DNA from: a bacterium
GTDB taxonomy: Bacteria > Omnitrophota > Gorgyraeia > Zapsychrales > Zapsychraceae
DNA: 64,000 nt
Assembly: GCA_030429765.1 (NCBI GenBank)
Contig: JAUIER010000001.1
Coordinates: forward strand, 129,302-193,301
Reading direction: 5' to 3'
The translations under genes were made by a program, and so were the position numbers. Positions 55,280 through 64,000 of the stretch are shown here, in pieces. The notes under the pieces were generated by a model. That model had not been told where the DNA came from, did not search any database, and saw only the letters and a list, made by a program, of their open reading frames with translations. Numbering within the stretch: position 1 is the first letter of the stretch; each line of letters opens with the position of its first letter.

Positions 55280-55344
55280 TTCGGGGCTATTTTCCCGAGA
55301 GATGTTTAGCTGCCATGAAGAACCAGTGTAGGGAGGGAATACGA

Positions 55345-55812
55345 ATGTCCATGAATCGGATCGGGCATATTCCGATAACAATCGGGGTATGTCTATTACT
55401 AACGCTGCTGGCTGACACTGTCGGTGCGGCGATGATTAAGTTTACCTCTGGAAAGACAGAGAATTGTAAGATAGTCAAACGGGGTCAAGACCGCTTGTTA
55501 CTGCTCACACCGCAGGGACATAAAATCATACCTTATGATGATATACGCAGTATTCAAAAAGGCTTGGACGAGCAAAGTAGCGTCATTGGTCCGATAATAG
55601 CCGATTTCAAAAGATACAAGCGGGCGCAAAGAAAGGCAGGTACATCGCCCGAAGCCATACGTCGACAAAAGAAAAAACAATTGGCCGAAAACAAGCGACG
55701 GCGACGAGGTCGGTTTACCGGAAGATACGGAGAGGATGCCAGAAAACATATGAGGTATCAAAGACAGAATCGAAAATATGAGGATGCCAAGAAGAATGGA
55801 AAGTTGTACTAG
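55345..55812 (+). CDS. secreted poly-basic protein 2 (paralog)
   Basis: SD GGAGGGAA; signal peptide; globular ~45-aa segment (KFTSGKTENCKIVKRGQDRLLLLTPQGHKIIPYDDIRSIQKGL) then K/R-rich tail. Confidence 0.45.
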   Translation: MSMNRIGHIPITIGVCLLLTLLADTVGAAMIKFTSGKTENCKIVKRGQDRLLLLTPQGHKIIPYDDIRSIQKGLDEQSSVIGPIIADFKRYKRAQRKAGTSPEAIRRQKKKQLAENKRRRRGRFTGRYGEDARKHMRYQRQNRKYEDAKKNGKLY

Positions 55813-56281
55813 TAAACAGGTGTCTGCAATTTCGGTGCTCAAGTTGACGGTTGCTTTTATGGTTGTCGTGTGTATGGTTGTATCGAGAGCCGAAGCCGTA
55901 ACGGTAAGATTAACGTCCGGCAAGGTCGTTCGAGGACCGGTTGTGGGTATCGACACCGGTTTGGGAAATTTCACACTTCGGACCGATCAAGGACTTTTCC
56001 ACATTAAGTATGAACATGTCGGTTCGATTAGCAAAGGCCTTGGCGAAAATGATAAGATCACCAACAGACTTATCAAAAGCGTTGAAGAACGGCAGAGGTC
56101 CATAAAGAACTTCAGACGGAATCCGCGGAAGGAGTCCCGACGCCGGGCCCGGAAGATCGATAATGCAATTCGAGAGTCCCAACGAAGATCTGGTGTCGGT
56201 CTAAGAAATTCAAGGAATCAAAACTCACCTATCTCCAAGCAGCTGCAGAAACGGCTTAAGGAGAGGGATCGGCTTCGATAG
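55796..56281 (+). CDS. secreted poly-basic protein 3 (paralog)
   Basis: signal peptide; segment VRLTSGKVVRGPVVGIDTGLGNFTLRTDQGLFHIKYEHVGSISKGL homologous to protein 2; R-rich tail. Confidence 0.45.
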   Translation: MESCTSKQVSAISVLKLTVAFMVVVCMVVSRAEAVTVRLTSGKVVRGPVVGIDTGLGNFTLRTDQGLFHIKYEHVGSISKGLGENDKITNRLIKSVEERQRSIKNFRRNPRKESRRRARKIDNAIRESQRRSGVGLRNSRNQNSPISKQLQKRLKERDRLR

Positions 56282-56476
56282 GCCGATGTTGCTACGTATC
56301 TGACAATTTCACGAGTTGGCAACAAGACGCCAAGGCTTTTTTCTGCTCTCATCAATATCCCAAAACCGCAAGCGCTACAACATGAGCGGCTATCACCAAA
56401 AGAAACGGTCGGGGGATTCGTATATTAAAGATTAAGATACAGTGGATTAGTTACAGTCAATAGGAGTTGTAATCAC

Positions 56477-56872
56477 GTGAATCAGGCGCTGAAGTGTATA
56501 TTAGCACTTATTCCACTTATTATTCTTTCATTTATGTTGCCCATGGTAACAAATATCCCTGGCGACGATACGGTTATTCATAATCACAATTATTTCTTGA
56601 GCGCTATAAATTTGATATTTTATTCGGGTGTATTTAGCTATCCGGCATACCTATACGTTCTATTGCTCGATACGGACAAACCATTGAAAAAATCACTTAT
56701 TAGAGATTTCTGGGTACGGTTAAGTTTTTTGATGGCAGGGTTGGATTGCATTCTTGGAATCTATTTTAGTGCATATATGATGGTTATATTTGCAATGTTC
56801 GGACTAATAGCCTTAATCGTAATTATTCGTTTACTATTCAAGTACGAAAAATTGTCGACTCAAGGAGTTTAA
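56477..56872 (+). CDS. AT-rich membrane protein (131 aa, GTG start)
   Basis: 4 TM; local GC clearly lower than flanks. Confidence 0.35.
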   Translation: MNQALKCILALIPLIILSFMLPMVTNIPGDDTVIHNHNYFLSAINLIFYSGVFSYPAYLYVLLLDTDKPLKKSLIRDFWVRLSFLMAGLDCILGIYFSAYMMVIFAMFGLIALIVIIRLLFKYEKLSTQGV

Positions 56873-56935
56873 TCTTTACGATGTGTAGTGCAGAGGAGAT
56901 TACTTTTTGATAGATTTTAAGAGGGTATAACCCGT

Positions 56936-57313
56936 ATGTCGAACATGAGCAGGTCTGAATTAAAAAACAAAATAAACAGACAACAAAAAATTTTAAAAGT
57001 CGTTATTTTGGTTTTCATCATGATAACTTTTTTGGCGGGAGTATTTATTTACAATAGTCTCAACGAGGTGCAGAGATATTTTGAAACGAGTCAGGTGAGT
57101 TTTATTCAGAATATAGAGGCAAAGACAGACACTGAGATTTTGTTAAAAAATCGAGGTTTAATAATGGCCAACCATATCGTCCAAACATCGAAATCTCTTG
57201 GGATAATTTTGTCTGGATTGGTTGTTTTTGTGGGAATGCACAGCGCATTGATGTTATATCTGCTGCGAAAGAATAACAGTAAATTATTGGAGTTACTTGA
57301 ATCAAAGGAATAA
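56936..57313 (+). CDS. AT-rich membrane protein (125 aa)
   Basis: 2 TM; low GC. Confidence 0.35.
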   Translation: MSNMSRSELKNKINRQQKILKVVILVFIMITFLAGVFIYNSLNEVQRYFETSQVSFIQNIEAKTDTEILLKNRGLIMANHIVQTSKSLGIILSGLVVFVGMHSALMLYLLRKNNSKLLELLESKE

Positions 57314-57569
57314 TTCACTATAAAATCCAACAGATCGCCAAAGACAGATGTCCTCAGTAATGAAGTATCACTCCGTTTATTTTACACAATCGTCACATAA
57401 TCTTCACTTAAAAGCGACATGGAATGGATAGTCTACTCACAGACAGTCAGGTCAGATGGGGGGCACGGTCCATTCATTTTTCTCCTCCAATGAAAAATGG
57501 CCCCCCATTTATTACAATCGGCATGCCTTTACACCCCGGGATTCCAGTAATAGAATAGTTGAGATCATT

Positions 57570-58265
57570 ATGTCAGGCGAAAGTATACTATTAGTTGAAG
57601 ACGACAAGCATATCTCCAAACTCGTCAAATACAATCTCGAGAAGGCGGGTTACCGTTGTTTGGCCGTGGTAACCGGGGAGGATGGATTTGAGTATTTGGG
57701 CCGCGAACGGGTGGATCTGATCATCCTGGATGTGATGCTGCCCAAGATGGACGGGTTTGAGGTCTGCCGGGCGATCAAGCAGGACGGCCGGTTTGCGTCG
57801 ATTCCGATCATTATGCTGACGGCAAGGGCCGAGGAGGTGGATCGTATTGTCGGGCTGGAACTTGGGGCAGACGATTATATGGCCAAACCATTCAGTCCCC
57901 GGGAATTGATCCTTCGCGTCAAGGCCATCCTCAAACGAAGCGCTCCCCAAGCCGAGAAAAAGGTCGAGGAGATCCTGAGCTTTGACAAGCTCAAGGTCGA
58001 CATGCCGCGTCATCGGGTCACGGTCAGCGGCAAGGAGGTCAAGCTGACGGCGATGGAATTTGATCTACTAGCCACATTGCTTAAACGCAAAGGTCGCGTC
58101 CAGAGCCGCGACCGATTGCTGACCGACGTGTGGAGCATCGAAGCGGATGTCACCACCCGCACCGTGGACACCCATGTCAAACGTCTGCGGCAGAAGCTCG
58201 GGCCTTACGGCAAGTATATCGAGACCGTCCGCGGGTACGGCTACCGGTTTTTTGAACAGGAGTAA
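57570..58265 (+). CDS. phoB: OmpR/PhoB-family response regulator
   Basis: receiver (LLVEDD, ILDVMLP, IIMLTA, MAKPF) + winged-helix (TVDTHVKRLRQKL, GYGYRF); context with phoR and pst genes. Confidence 0.8.
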   Translation: MSGESILLVEDDKHISKLVKYNLEKAGYRCLAVVTGEDGFEYLGRERVDLIILDVMLPKMDGFEVCRAIKQDGRFASIPIIMLTARAEEVDRIVGLELGADDYMAKPFSPRELILRVKAILKRSAPQAEKKVEEILSFDKLKVDMPRHRVTVSGKEVKLTAMEFDLLATLLKRKGRVQSRDRLLTDVWSIEADVTTRTVDTHVKRLRQKLGPYGKYIETVRGYGYRFFEQE

Positions 58266-58270
58266 TACGT

Positions 58271-60064
58271 TTGCGTATCAGCATTCAATACAAAATCACC
58301 TTCATCTTCGCTGTCGTCGTCGCCGCCATTCTCGCCAGCGTTTTTATTTATCTGCATAACAATATAAAGGATCAGGCCTTTCAGAGCATCAAGCGTGAGC
58401 TCAACAAAGAGACGCGGCTGTCGATGCGTTATCTTCAGACGAACATGCCGGCACGTTCGGACATCCGTTCGATTGACGCGATTGCCGATACAATCGGCGA
58501 GTCGTTGGGGGTGCGGGTGACGGTCATCGCCCTGGACGGCAAGGTGTTGGGCGATTCAGAGTTGTCGGTCCAACAGGTCCGCACCATCGACAATCATCTC
58601 TACCGTCCGGAGATTCAGCGCGCGCTGCAGTCCGGAATGGGTGAGGTCCGGCGTTTTAGCCGGACCGTTAATCAGGAACTGCTCTATCACGCCCGGATAT
58701 TTACCGGGTCGGACAATCAGCCCCAGGGATTTATCCGTCTGGCGGTTCCGCTGTCCGATATTCGGAGCTTTACCGACGGTCTCAAGCGGCTGATCCTGTT
58801 TTCATTGGGATTCGCGTTTGTGTTGGCGCTGGTGTTCGGATGGCTGGCGACCAATCTGATTTCGCGGCCGATTAAATCGGTGTCGTCGGTGGCCAAGGGG
58901 ATTTCCAGAGGCGATTTTTCGGAACGCGCGGGTGTTTATTCCAATGATGAGCTGGGTGACCTGTCCACGTCGATCAATCACATGTCCAAGCAGATCAAGG
59001 AGCGTATTGATGAGGTGACCACCAGCCGGCTTCGGCTTGAGGCGGTGCTGCTGAGTATGTTTGACGGGGTGATCGTTGTGGGCGCGGACGGGAAGATTGT
59101 ATTGATGAACCAAACCCTGCGGGAATTGCTTCAGGTGACCGAGGAGGTGGTCGGGAAAAAGCCGATCGAGGTGATCCGGAATGTTGAGGTGCAGGAGATC
59201 ATCAGTCAGGTGATGAAAAAACAAAAGTCGGTGTCCTCGCGGGAAATCTCGGTGCTGTTTCCCAAGAAACGTGAGCTGATCATTCACGCCGCGCCGGTGG
59301 TCATGAAGGACACGATCGACGGGGTAGTGATGGTGTTTCACGATATCTCCGATCTCAAACGCCTGGAGGCCGTCCGTAAGGACTTTGTCGCCAATGTCTC
59401 ACACGAATTGCGCACGCCGATTACCAATATCAAAGGTTATGCCGAGACCCTGCTTGAGGGCGCTTTGACCGACAAGGCCAACGCGGAAGACTTCACGCGG
59501 ATTATTTATAACGAGTCCGAACGCCTGGCCAAATTGGTGGAGGACGTCCTGGATCTGTCCAAGATTGAATCCGGGAAGATCAAATATGATTTTCAACCGC
59601 AGGACATCGGCTTGCTGGTTGACCGCGTGGAAAAAGGTCTACGTAAGCAGATGCAAAAAAAACGCATCACCTTCCGCCGGGACATTCCCGCTGATTTTCC
59701 GCCTGTCCAATGTGACGGGCCAAGCATCGCCCAGGTGCTCCTGAACCTGATGGAGAATGCCCTCAAATACAATAACGAAGGCGGATACATTGCCGTGTCC
59801 GCCCGGGTGGACGCCGACAAGGCCGTGATCGCCGTGTCCGATAACGGCCTCGGTATTCCCGAGGAAGATATCCCCCGGATTTTTGAGCGGTTTTTCCGGG
59901 TGGATAAGGCCCATTCCCGCGAGATCGGGGGAACCGGTCTGGGGCTGTCCATCGTCAAACACCTGATCCAGTCCCATCAGGGTGAAGTTCAGGTGACGAG
60001 CCAGCTAGGGTTGGGCTCTACCTTCAGTTTCAGCCTGCCGATTGCCTCCAAAAATGTCACATAA
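58271..60064 (+). CDS. phoR: phosphate-regulon sensor histidine kinase (PhoR-like)
   Basis: 2 TM + periplasmic domain, HAMP, PAS, H box SHELRTPITNIKGYAETL, N/G boxes; adjacent to phoB and pstSCA. Confidence 0.75.
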   Translation: MRISIQYKITFIFAVVVAAILASVFIYLHNNIKDQAFQSIKRELNKETRLSMRYLQTNMPARSDIRSIDAIADTIGESLGVRVTVIALDGKVLGDSELSVQQVRTIDNHLYRPEIQRALQSGMGEVRRFSRTVNQELLYHARIFTGSDNQPQGFIRLAVPLSDIRSFTDGLKRLILFSLGFAFVLALVFGWLATNLISRPIKSVSSVAKGISRGDFSERAGVYSNDELGDLSTSINHMSKQIKERIDEVTTSRLRLEAVLLSMFDGVIVVGADGKIVLMNQTLRELLQVTEEVVGKKPIEVIRNVEVQEIISQVMKKQKSVSSREISVLFPKKRELIIHAAPVVMKDTIDGVVMVFHDISDLKRLEAVRKDFVANVSHELRTPITNIKGYAETLLEGALTDKANAEDFTRIIYNESERLAKLVEDVLDLSKIESGKIKYDFQPQDIGLLVDRVEKGLRKQMQKKRITFRRDIPADFPPVQCDGPSIAQVLLNLMENALKYNNEGGYIAVSARVDADKAVIAVSDNGLGIPEEDIPRIFERFFRVDKAHSREIGGTGLGLSIVKHLIQSHQGEVQVTSQLGLGSTFSFSLPIASKNVT

Positions 60065-60153
60065 AGTTCACATTCATGCCAAATAGAGTTCACCCGCGAT
60101 TTATACAATAAAGAAAAAAATGCGATAAATATTGTTAATGAGGAGATGAACAA

Positions 60154-60348
60154 GTGAACCGATTTGAACAGGCGAACAGTCCACATATCGACCAGGTCGC
60201 GAGTAACCTTAGAACACAGATCATCAGTCTGCACAATGTGCTGGAAACCATCGAACGCACTCACCGATACGAGGATAGTTTTATCACGGAATCTCTCAGG
60301 GATTCGGAGCTTGAGCTGCGACGTTTAAGAAAATTTATAAACAGCTAG
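60154..60348 (+). CDS. small hypothetical protein (64 aa, GTG start)
   Basis: AGGAG 8 nt upstream of GTG; helical, charged. Confidence 0.3.
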   Translation: MNRFEQANSPHIDQVASNLRTQIISLHNVLETIERTHRYEDSFITESLRDSELELRRLRKFINS

Positions 60349-60403
60349 GCCGCAACCGGGTTTGGCGTCATTTAATCAGCAAGTTAATCAGGAGGAATCA
60401 TCA

Positions 60404-61672
60404 ATGAAGCGAGCTTTACTAGTCTTCGGCATCTTACTCTGCTCGGTATTGGTTGCAAAAGTACCAGCCGTTCACGCCGGCGAATTGGACATCTTATTAG
60501 AGAAGTTGGTCGACAAGGGAGTGCTGACTCCGATCGAAGCCACCATCATCAAGGATGAAACCAAGCAAGCCGTGGCCGGAGAAGTTTCACAGGGAAAATC
60601 TTACGCCGTCCCCAGCTGGGCGCAGAAACTGAAAATCAAACAAGACCTGCGTCTGAGATACCAGAATGAAGTCAGGGACAGCGATGTCAAACACCGCAAC
60701 CGGATGCGCGTGCGCTACCGTTTAGGTGTCATATCAAACCCATTCAAGGATATTGAGATCGGAGCGGGGTTAGCGACGGGATCCAGTGATCCACGGTCAA
60801 CCAATCAGACCCTCGGCGACAATTTCTCTTCCAAGGGAATAAATCTCGACTATGCCTACGCCCAATGGAAGGCGACAAAAAACCTTAAAGTGATCGCCGG
60901 TAAGTTTAAGCGTAAGGCGTATCTTTGGCAACCCACGGACCTTTTGTGGGACGGAGATATCAACCCGGAAGGGGTCTCGGTTAATTACGAAAAAAGTCTG
61001 ACCAAGAACTCAAAGGTGTATGTCAACACCGGTTGGTGGAACATTGACGAACGTGACCAGCGGCAAGGGGATCTGGGTAACGCGTTTATGTACTATGGTC
61101 AGGTCGGAAATAAATGGAAGAAGGGTGATGTTGACGCCCAGGTGGCCGCCATGGTCTACAAGTTTTCCGGCGTAAAAGGCAACGAGCTGGGGGACAATAA
61201 AGTGGTTGGAGATGACGGCGGGTCCGATACAAATACGGAAATCGGAAACCTGTTGGCCTTCGACTATGACTCAAAGGGATTGGCCGGGGAGATCGGGATC
61301 AAGAATCCGTTCGGATTTGAAAGTATCGAACGATTTGCGGTTTTTGGTCAGTATGTCCGCAACTTCACCATCAGCAAGGACAATCAAGGCTGGTCAAGCG
61401 GGTTTAAATTCGGGCACAAGAAAGTCGCCAAGCCGGGAAACTGGCAGTTTAAATACATCTATGCCGAACTTCAACGTGACGCGTGGCTGGATATATTCCC
61501 GGATTCAGACCGTTATGGCGGTAAGACCGATATCAAGGCTCACGAGCTTGTGTTCCAATACGCGCTTCGAAAGGACCTCGTTTTGGGCATCGATCTGTAC
61601 AAGGCCCAGCGGTTGGACCAGGGAAAGAACAAGGAAATTCTGGGCCAATTTGACCTGGTTTTCAAGTTCTAG
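60404..61672 (+). CDS. outer-membrane porin, likely phosphate-selective (OprO/OprP-like)
   Basis: GGAGGAA SD; signal peptide; beta-strand-rich, ends in F (LVFKF); sits between phoR and pstS. Confidence 0.5.
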   Translation: MKRALLVFGILLCSVLVAKVPAVHAGELDILLEKLVDKGVLTPIEATIIKDETKQAVAGEVSQGKSYAVPSWAQKLKIKQDLRLRYQNEVRDSDVKHRNRMRVRYRLGVISNPFKDIEIGAGLATGSSDPRSTNQTLGDNFSSKGINLDYAYAQWKATKNLKVIAGKFKRKAYLWQPTDLLWDGDINPEGVSVNYEKSLTKNSKVYVNTGWWNIDERDQRQGDLGNAFMYYGQVGNKWKKGDVDAQVAAMVYKFSGVKGNELGDNKVVGDDGGSDTNTEIGNLLAFDYDSKGLAGEIGIKNPFGFESIERFAVFGQYVRNFTISKDNQGWSSGFKFGHKKVAKPGNWQFKYIYAELQRDAWLDIFPDSDRYGGKTDIKAHELVFQYALRKDLVLGIDLYKAQRLDQGKNKEILGQFDLVFKF

Positions 61673-61740
61673 GTTGAACGACACAATTCGTTGACACTAC
61701 ATAAATTAGCATTATAATTAGGACATCCATACAAGCAAAA

Positions 61741-62628
61741 ATGGAGGAACACATGAAAAAAATTCTAGCCTTCGCAGCCATCGGAATCTGTTTCGCGCTG
61801 CAGACCGCCACGGCGGATGCGGCTAAGATGCTGCAGATCAAAGGTTCAGATACGCTGATCAATCTCGTCCAGCGGCTGGCCGAAGTATACATGGAAGAAA
61901 ATCCGGGCAAATACATCGCCGTCACCGGTGGTGGATCCGGTACCGGTGTCGCAGCCATGATCAACAACAAATGCGACATCGCCAACTCATCACGATTAAT
62001 GAAACCCAAAGAGCTGAAATTGGCCGCTGACAACGGAGTCACCGCCCACCGCGTGGTTATTGCCATGGACGGATTAAGTGTGATCACCAATCCTTCTCTG
62101 GGAGTTGATAAGTTGACCGTTGATCAAATCGGCGCTTTGTTCCGTGGCGAGATCACTAATTGGAAAGACATCGGCGGACCGGATCGTAAAGTGACACTTT
62201 ACGGGCGTCAATCCAATTCCGGAACATACGTATACTTTCAGGATTACATCCTGAAGGGAGATTATTCTCAGAAAATGAACCGGATGAATGGAAACGCCCA
62301 GATTGTTGAAGGGGTGAAGGCGGATCCAGGCGGTATCGGATATGTCGGTGTGGGTTATGTGAAAGAGGCCAACGGTTTGACCGTTGTTTCTGTCGCGGCC
62401 AAGGCCGGGGCGGAATATGCCAGTCCATTAAACTCAGCGGACGTAAAGAGCGGAAAATATCCCATCGCGCGACCGTTAAATCAATACATCAACGGAAATC
62501 CGACGGGTGCCGTTCGAGAATTTCTGGAATACGAATTGAGCCCGGCCGGACAGCGGGTTGTTGAGGAAGAAGGATTTTTTCCAATCCCTCAGGAATATAA
62601 AGAGTACAATAAGAAGGCTGGACTTTAA
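61741..62628 (+). CDS. pstS: phosphate ABC transporter substrate-binding protein
   Basis: signal peptide; GSDTLINL...TGGGSGTG PstS-family pattern. Confidence 0.85.
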   Translation: MEEHMKKILAFAAIGICFALQTATADAAKMLQIKGSDTLINLVQRLAEVYMEENPGKYIAVTGGGSGTGVAAMINNKCDIANSSRLMKPKELKLAADNGVTAHRVVIAMDGLSVITNPSLGVDKLTVDQIGALFRGEITNWKDIGGPDRKVTLYGRQSNSGTYVYFQDYILKGDYSQKMNRMNGNAQIVEGVKADPGGIGYVGVGYVKEANGLTVVSVAAKAGAEYASPLNSADVKSGKYPIARPLNQYINGNPTGAVREFLEYELSPAGQRVVEEEGFFPIPQEYKEYNKKAGL

Positions 62629-62692
62629 TCCAGGCATGACGCTAAGGGCGGCAGTCACGAGCTGTCGTCCTTAGCCTACTTTCGGGGAAGAT

Positions 62693-63625
62693 ATGAGCCA
62701 AACGGCAACAATAAACAGAGAATTTACTCGACCCAAAAAGATTTTATCCACAGCCATGACCGATAAGTTGGTGCATGGCTTTTTCTTTGTCAACGGCATG
62801 ATTTCCGTGGTGGTGCTCCTTGGAATTTTCGCGCTGTTGGTCTACACGTCATTTCCCGCCTTTCAGGAAGTGAACATTTGGGAATTCTTGACCGGCAAGA
62901 CCTGGAACCCGACGTCATATTACAAGGCGGTCTACGGGATTGTTCCGATGTTGGTCAGTACATTTATGGTGACCATCGGGGCCTTGGTGATTGCCATTCC
63001 CTTGGGGATAGGCACGGCGGCCTACTTATCAGATGTCGCGTCACCGCGTAAACGTGAGATCATCAAGCCCATCGTCGAGATTCTCGCCGGGATTCCATCG
63101 GTTGTTGTTGGATTTTTGGGTATTGTGGTCGTGGGGCCGGTCATTGCCAAGGTGTTCGGATTGCCCAATGGACTGAATGCCTTAAATGGTTCGGTGCTTT
63201 TAGCGGTGATGGCCCTGCCGACGATTATCAGCATTTCTGAAGATGCCTTAAACAATGTCCCGAAATCTTATGATCACGCGTCACTAGCATTGGGTGCATC
63301 CAAATGGCAGACGGTGGTCAAGGTCAAACTGCCGGCGGCGATGTCGGGGATTATCGCGGCCTGTATGTTGGGAATGGGACGGGCGATTGGTGAAACCATG
63401 ACGGTTTTGATGGCCACAGGTTGCGCGCCGGCCATGCCGGACAGCATTATGGGGTCGGTCCGCACGTTGACCTCCTCGATCGCGATTGAGCTGGGAGAGG
63501 TCGCTTACAATACGACGCATTACTACGCGTTGTTCGCGCTGGGTCTGGTGTTGTTTATTTTGACGTTTGTTATCAATCTGATTTCTGATTTAGTGCTCCA
63601 TAAGTATGAAAAGGTGAATCGCTGA
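62693..63625 (+). CDS. pstC: phosphate ABC transporter permease
   Basis: 6 TM; EAA-like loop region (ASLALGASKWQTVVKVKLPAA); follows pstS. Confidence 0.85.
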   Translation: MSQTATINREFTRPKKILSTAMTDKLVHGFFFVNGMISVVVLLGIFALLVYTSFPAFQEVNIWEFLTGKTWNPTSYYKAVYGIVPMLVSTFMVTIGALVIAIPLGIGTAAYLSDVASPRKREIIKPIVEILAGIPSVVVGFLGIVVVGPVIAKVFGLPNGLNALNGSVLLAVMALPTIISISEDALNNVPKSYDHASLALGASKWQTVVKVKLPAAMSGIIAACMLGMGRAIGETMTVLMATGCAPAMPDSIMGSVRTLTSSIAIELGEVAYNTTHYYALFALGLVLFILTFVINLISDLVLHKYEKVNR

Positions 63626-63626
63626 T

Positions 63627-64000
63627 ATGAACATCAAAAAAGTTCACGAGTTTATCGGTTTTGGAATCCTTCGGATGTGTCTGTTTTTTGTGCTGCTGGC
63701 CTTATCGGTGATCCTGTGGGACATCATTTCCAAAGGTCATTCAGTGATCAGCTGGGAGTTTTTGACGTCGATGCCCCGTAAAGGGATGACCGAAGGTGGG
63801 ATCTGGCCGGCCATTGTCGGGACGTTTTTTGTGACGATCATCACTGCGATATTTTCGATTCCGCTGGGTATGGGCTGCGCGATTTACCTAAATGAATATG
63901 CCAAGGGCGGAAAAATCACCCGATTGATCCGGATGTCGATCCGGAATTTGTCGGGAGTACCGTCGATCGTATACGGACTGTTTGGAGTGGTTCTCTTTGT
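63627..64000 (+). CDS. pstA: phosphate ABC transporter permease (5' partial, runs off window)
   Basis: starts 2 nt after the pstC stop; TM-rich N-terminus. Confidence 0.75.
   Translation, partial: MNIKKVHEFIGFGILRMCLFFVLLALSVILWDIISKGHSVISWEFLTSMPRKGMTEGGIWPAIVGTFFVTIITAIFSIPLGMGCAIYLNEYAKGGKITRLIRMSIRNLSGVPSIVYGLFGVVLF

Noticed and set aside
1-64000. CRISPR arrays, tRNA/rRNA genes, integrases or transposases
   Set aside because: I looked for short regularly spaced direct repeats, tRNA-like cloverleaf regions in the larger intergenic gaps, and recombinase motifs; none were seen by eye. Small RNA genes cannot be excluded without a covariance-model scan.

Overview
This 64 kb window is a contiguous bacterial chromosomal segment at roughly 50% GC, with no rRNA, tRNA or CRISPR recognisable. 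The lineage is not identifiable from sequence alone. PEP-CTERM anchors, HAF repeats, LamG domains and a type IV pilin-like protein suggest an exosortase-bearing, envelope-rich organism. Nearly all genes lie on the + strand.

The content is dominated by secreted and envelope proteins:
- two PEP-CTERM proteins, one of them a HAF-repeat protein;
- a GH16 glucanase with a discoidin domain;
- a LamG-domain protein;
- a 1581-aa secreted protein with three repeats of a candidate carbohydrate-binding module (malectin-like), a LamG domain and a beta-helix;
- a TonB-dependent receptor;
- an MscS-family channel;
- a DUF2339-like giant membrane protein.

Two diverged paralogs of about 1250 aa from an unrecognised family sit 13 kb apart behind a shared upstream motif. 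A DUF4331 protein carries a roughly 330-aa poly-acidic tail next to a DUF4198-like protein. Three small secreted proteins with poly-basic tails occur in tandem. A possible DNA-repair pair (EndoQ-like PHP nuclease and a short UvrD-like helicase) is present, as is a canonical phosphate regulon (phoB-phoR, a porin, pstS, pstC and the start of pstA).

The most interesting region is a RiPP-like cassette. A family-5 substrate-binding protein is followed by an unannotated 40-aa Cys-Cys-Trp peptide ORF with a strong RBS, a radical-SAM/SPASM maturase, an ABC exporter and an NtrB-like sensor kinase. In the kinase, the phospho-acceptor His is replaced by Tyr. A receiver-AraC regulator and a receiver-like protein whose phospho-Asp position is Ser complete the cassette. 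All calls rest on motif recognition by eye; no searches were run.
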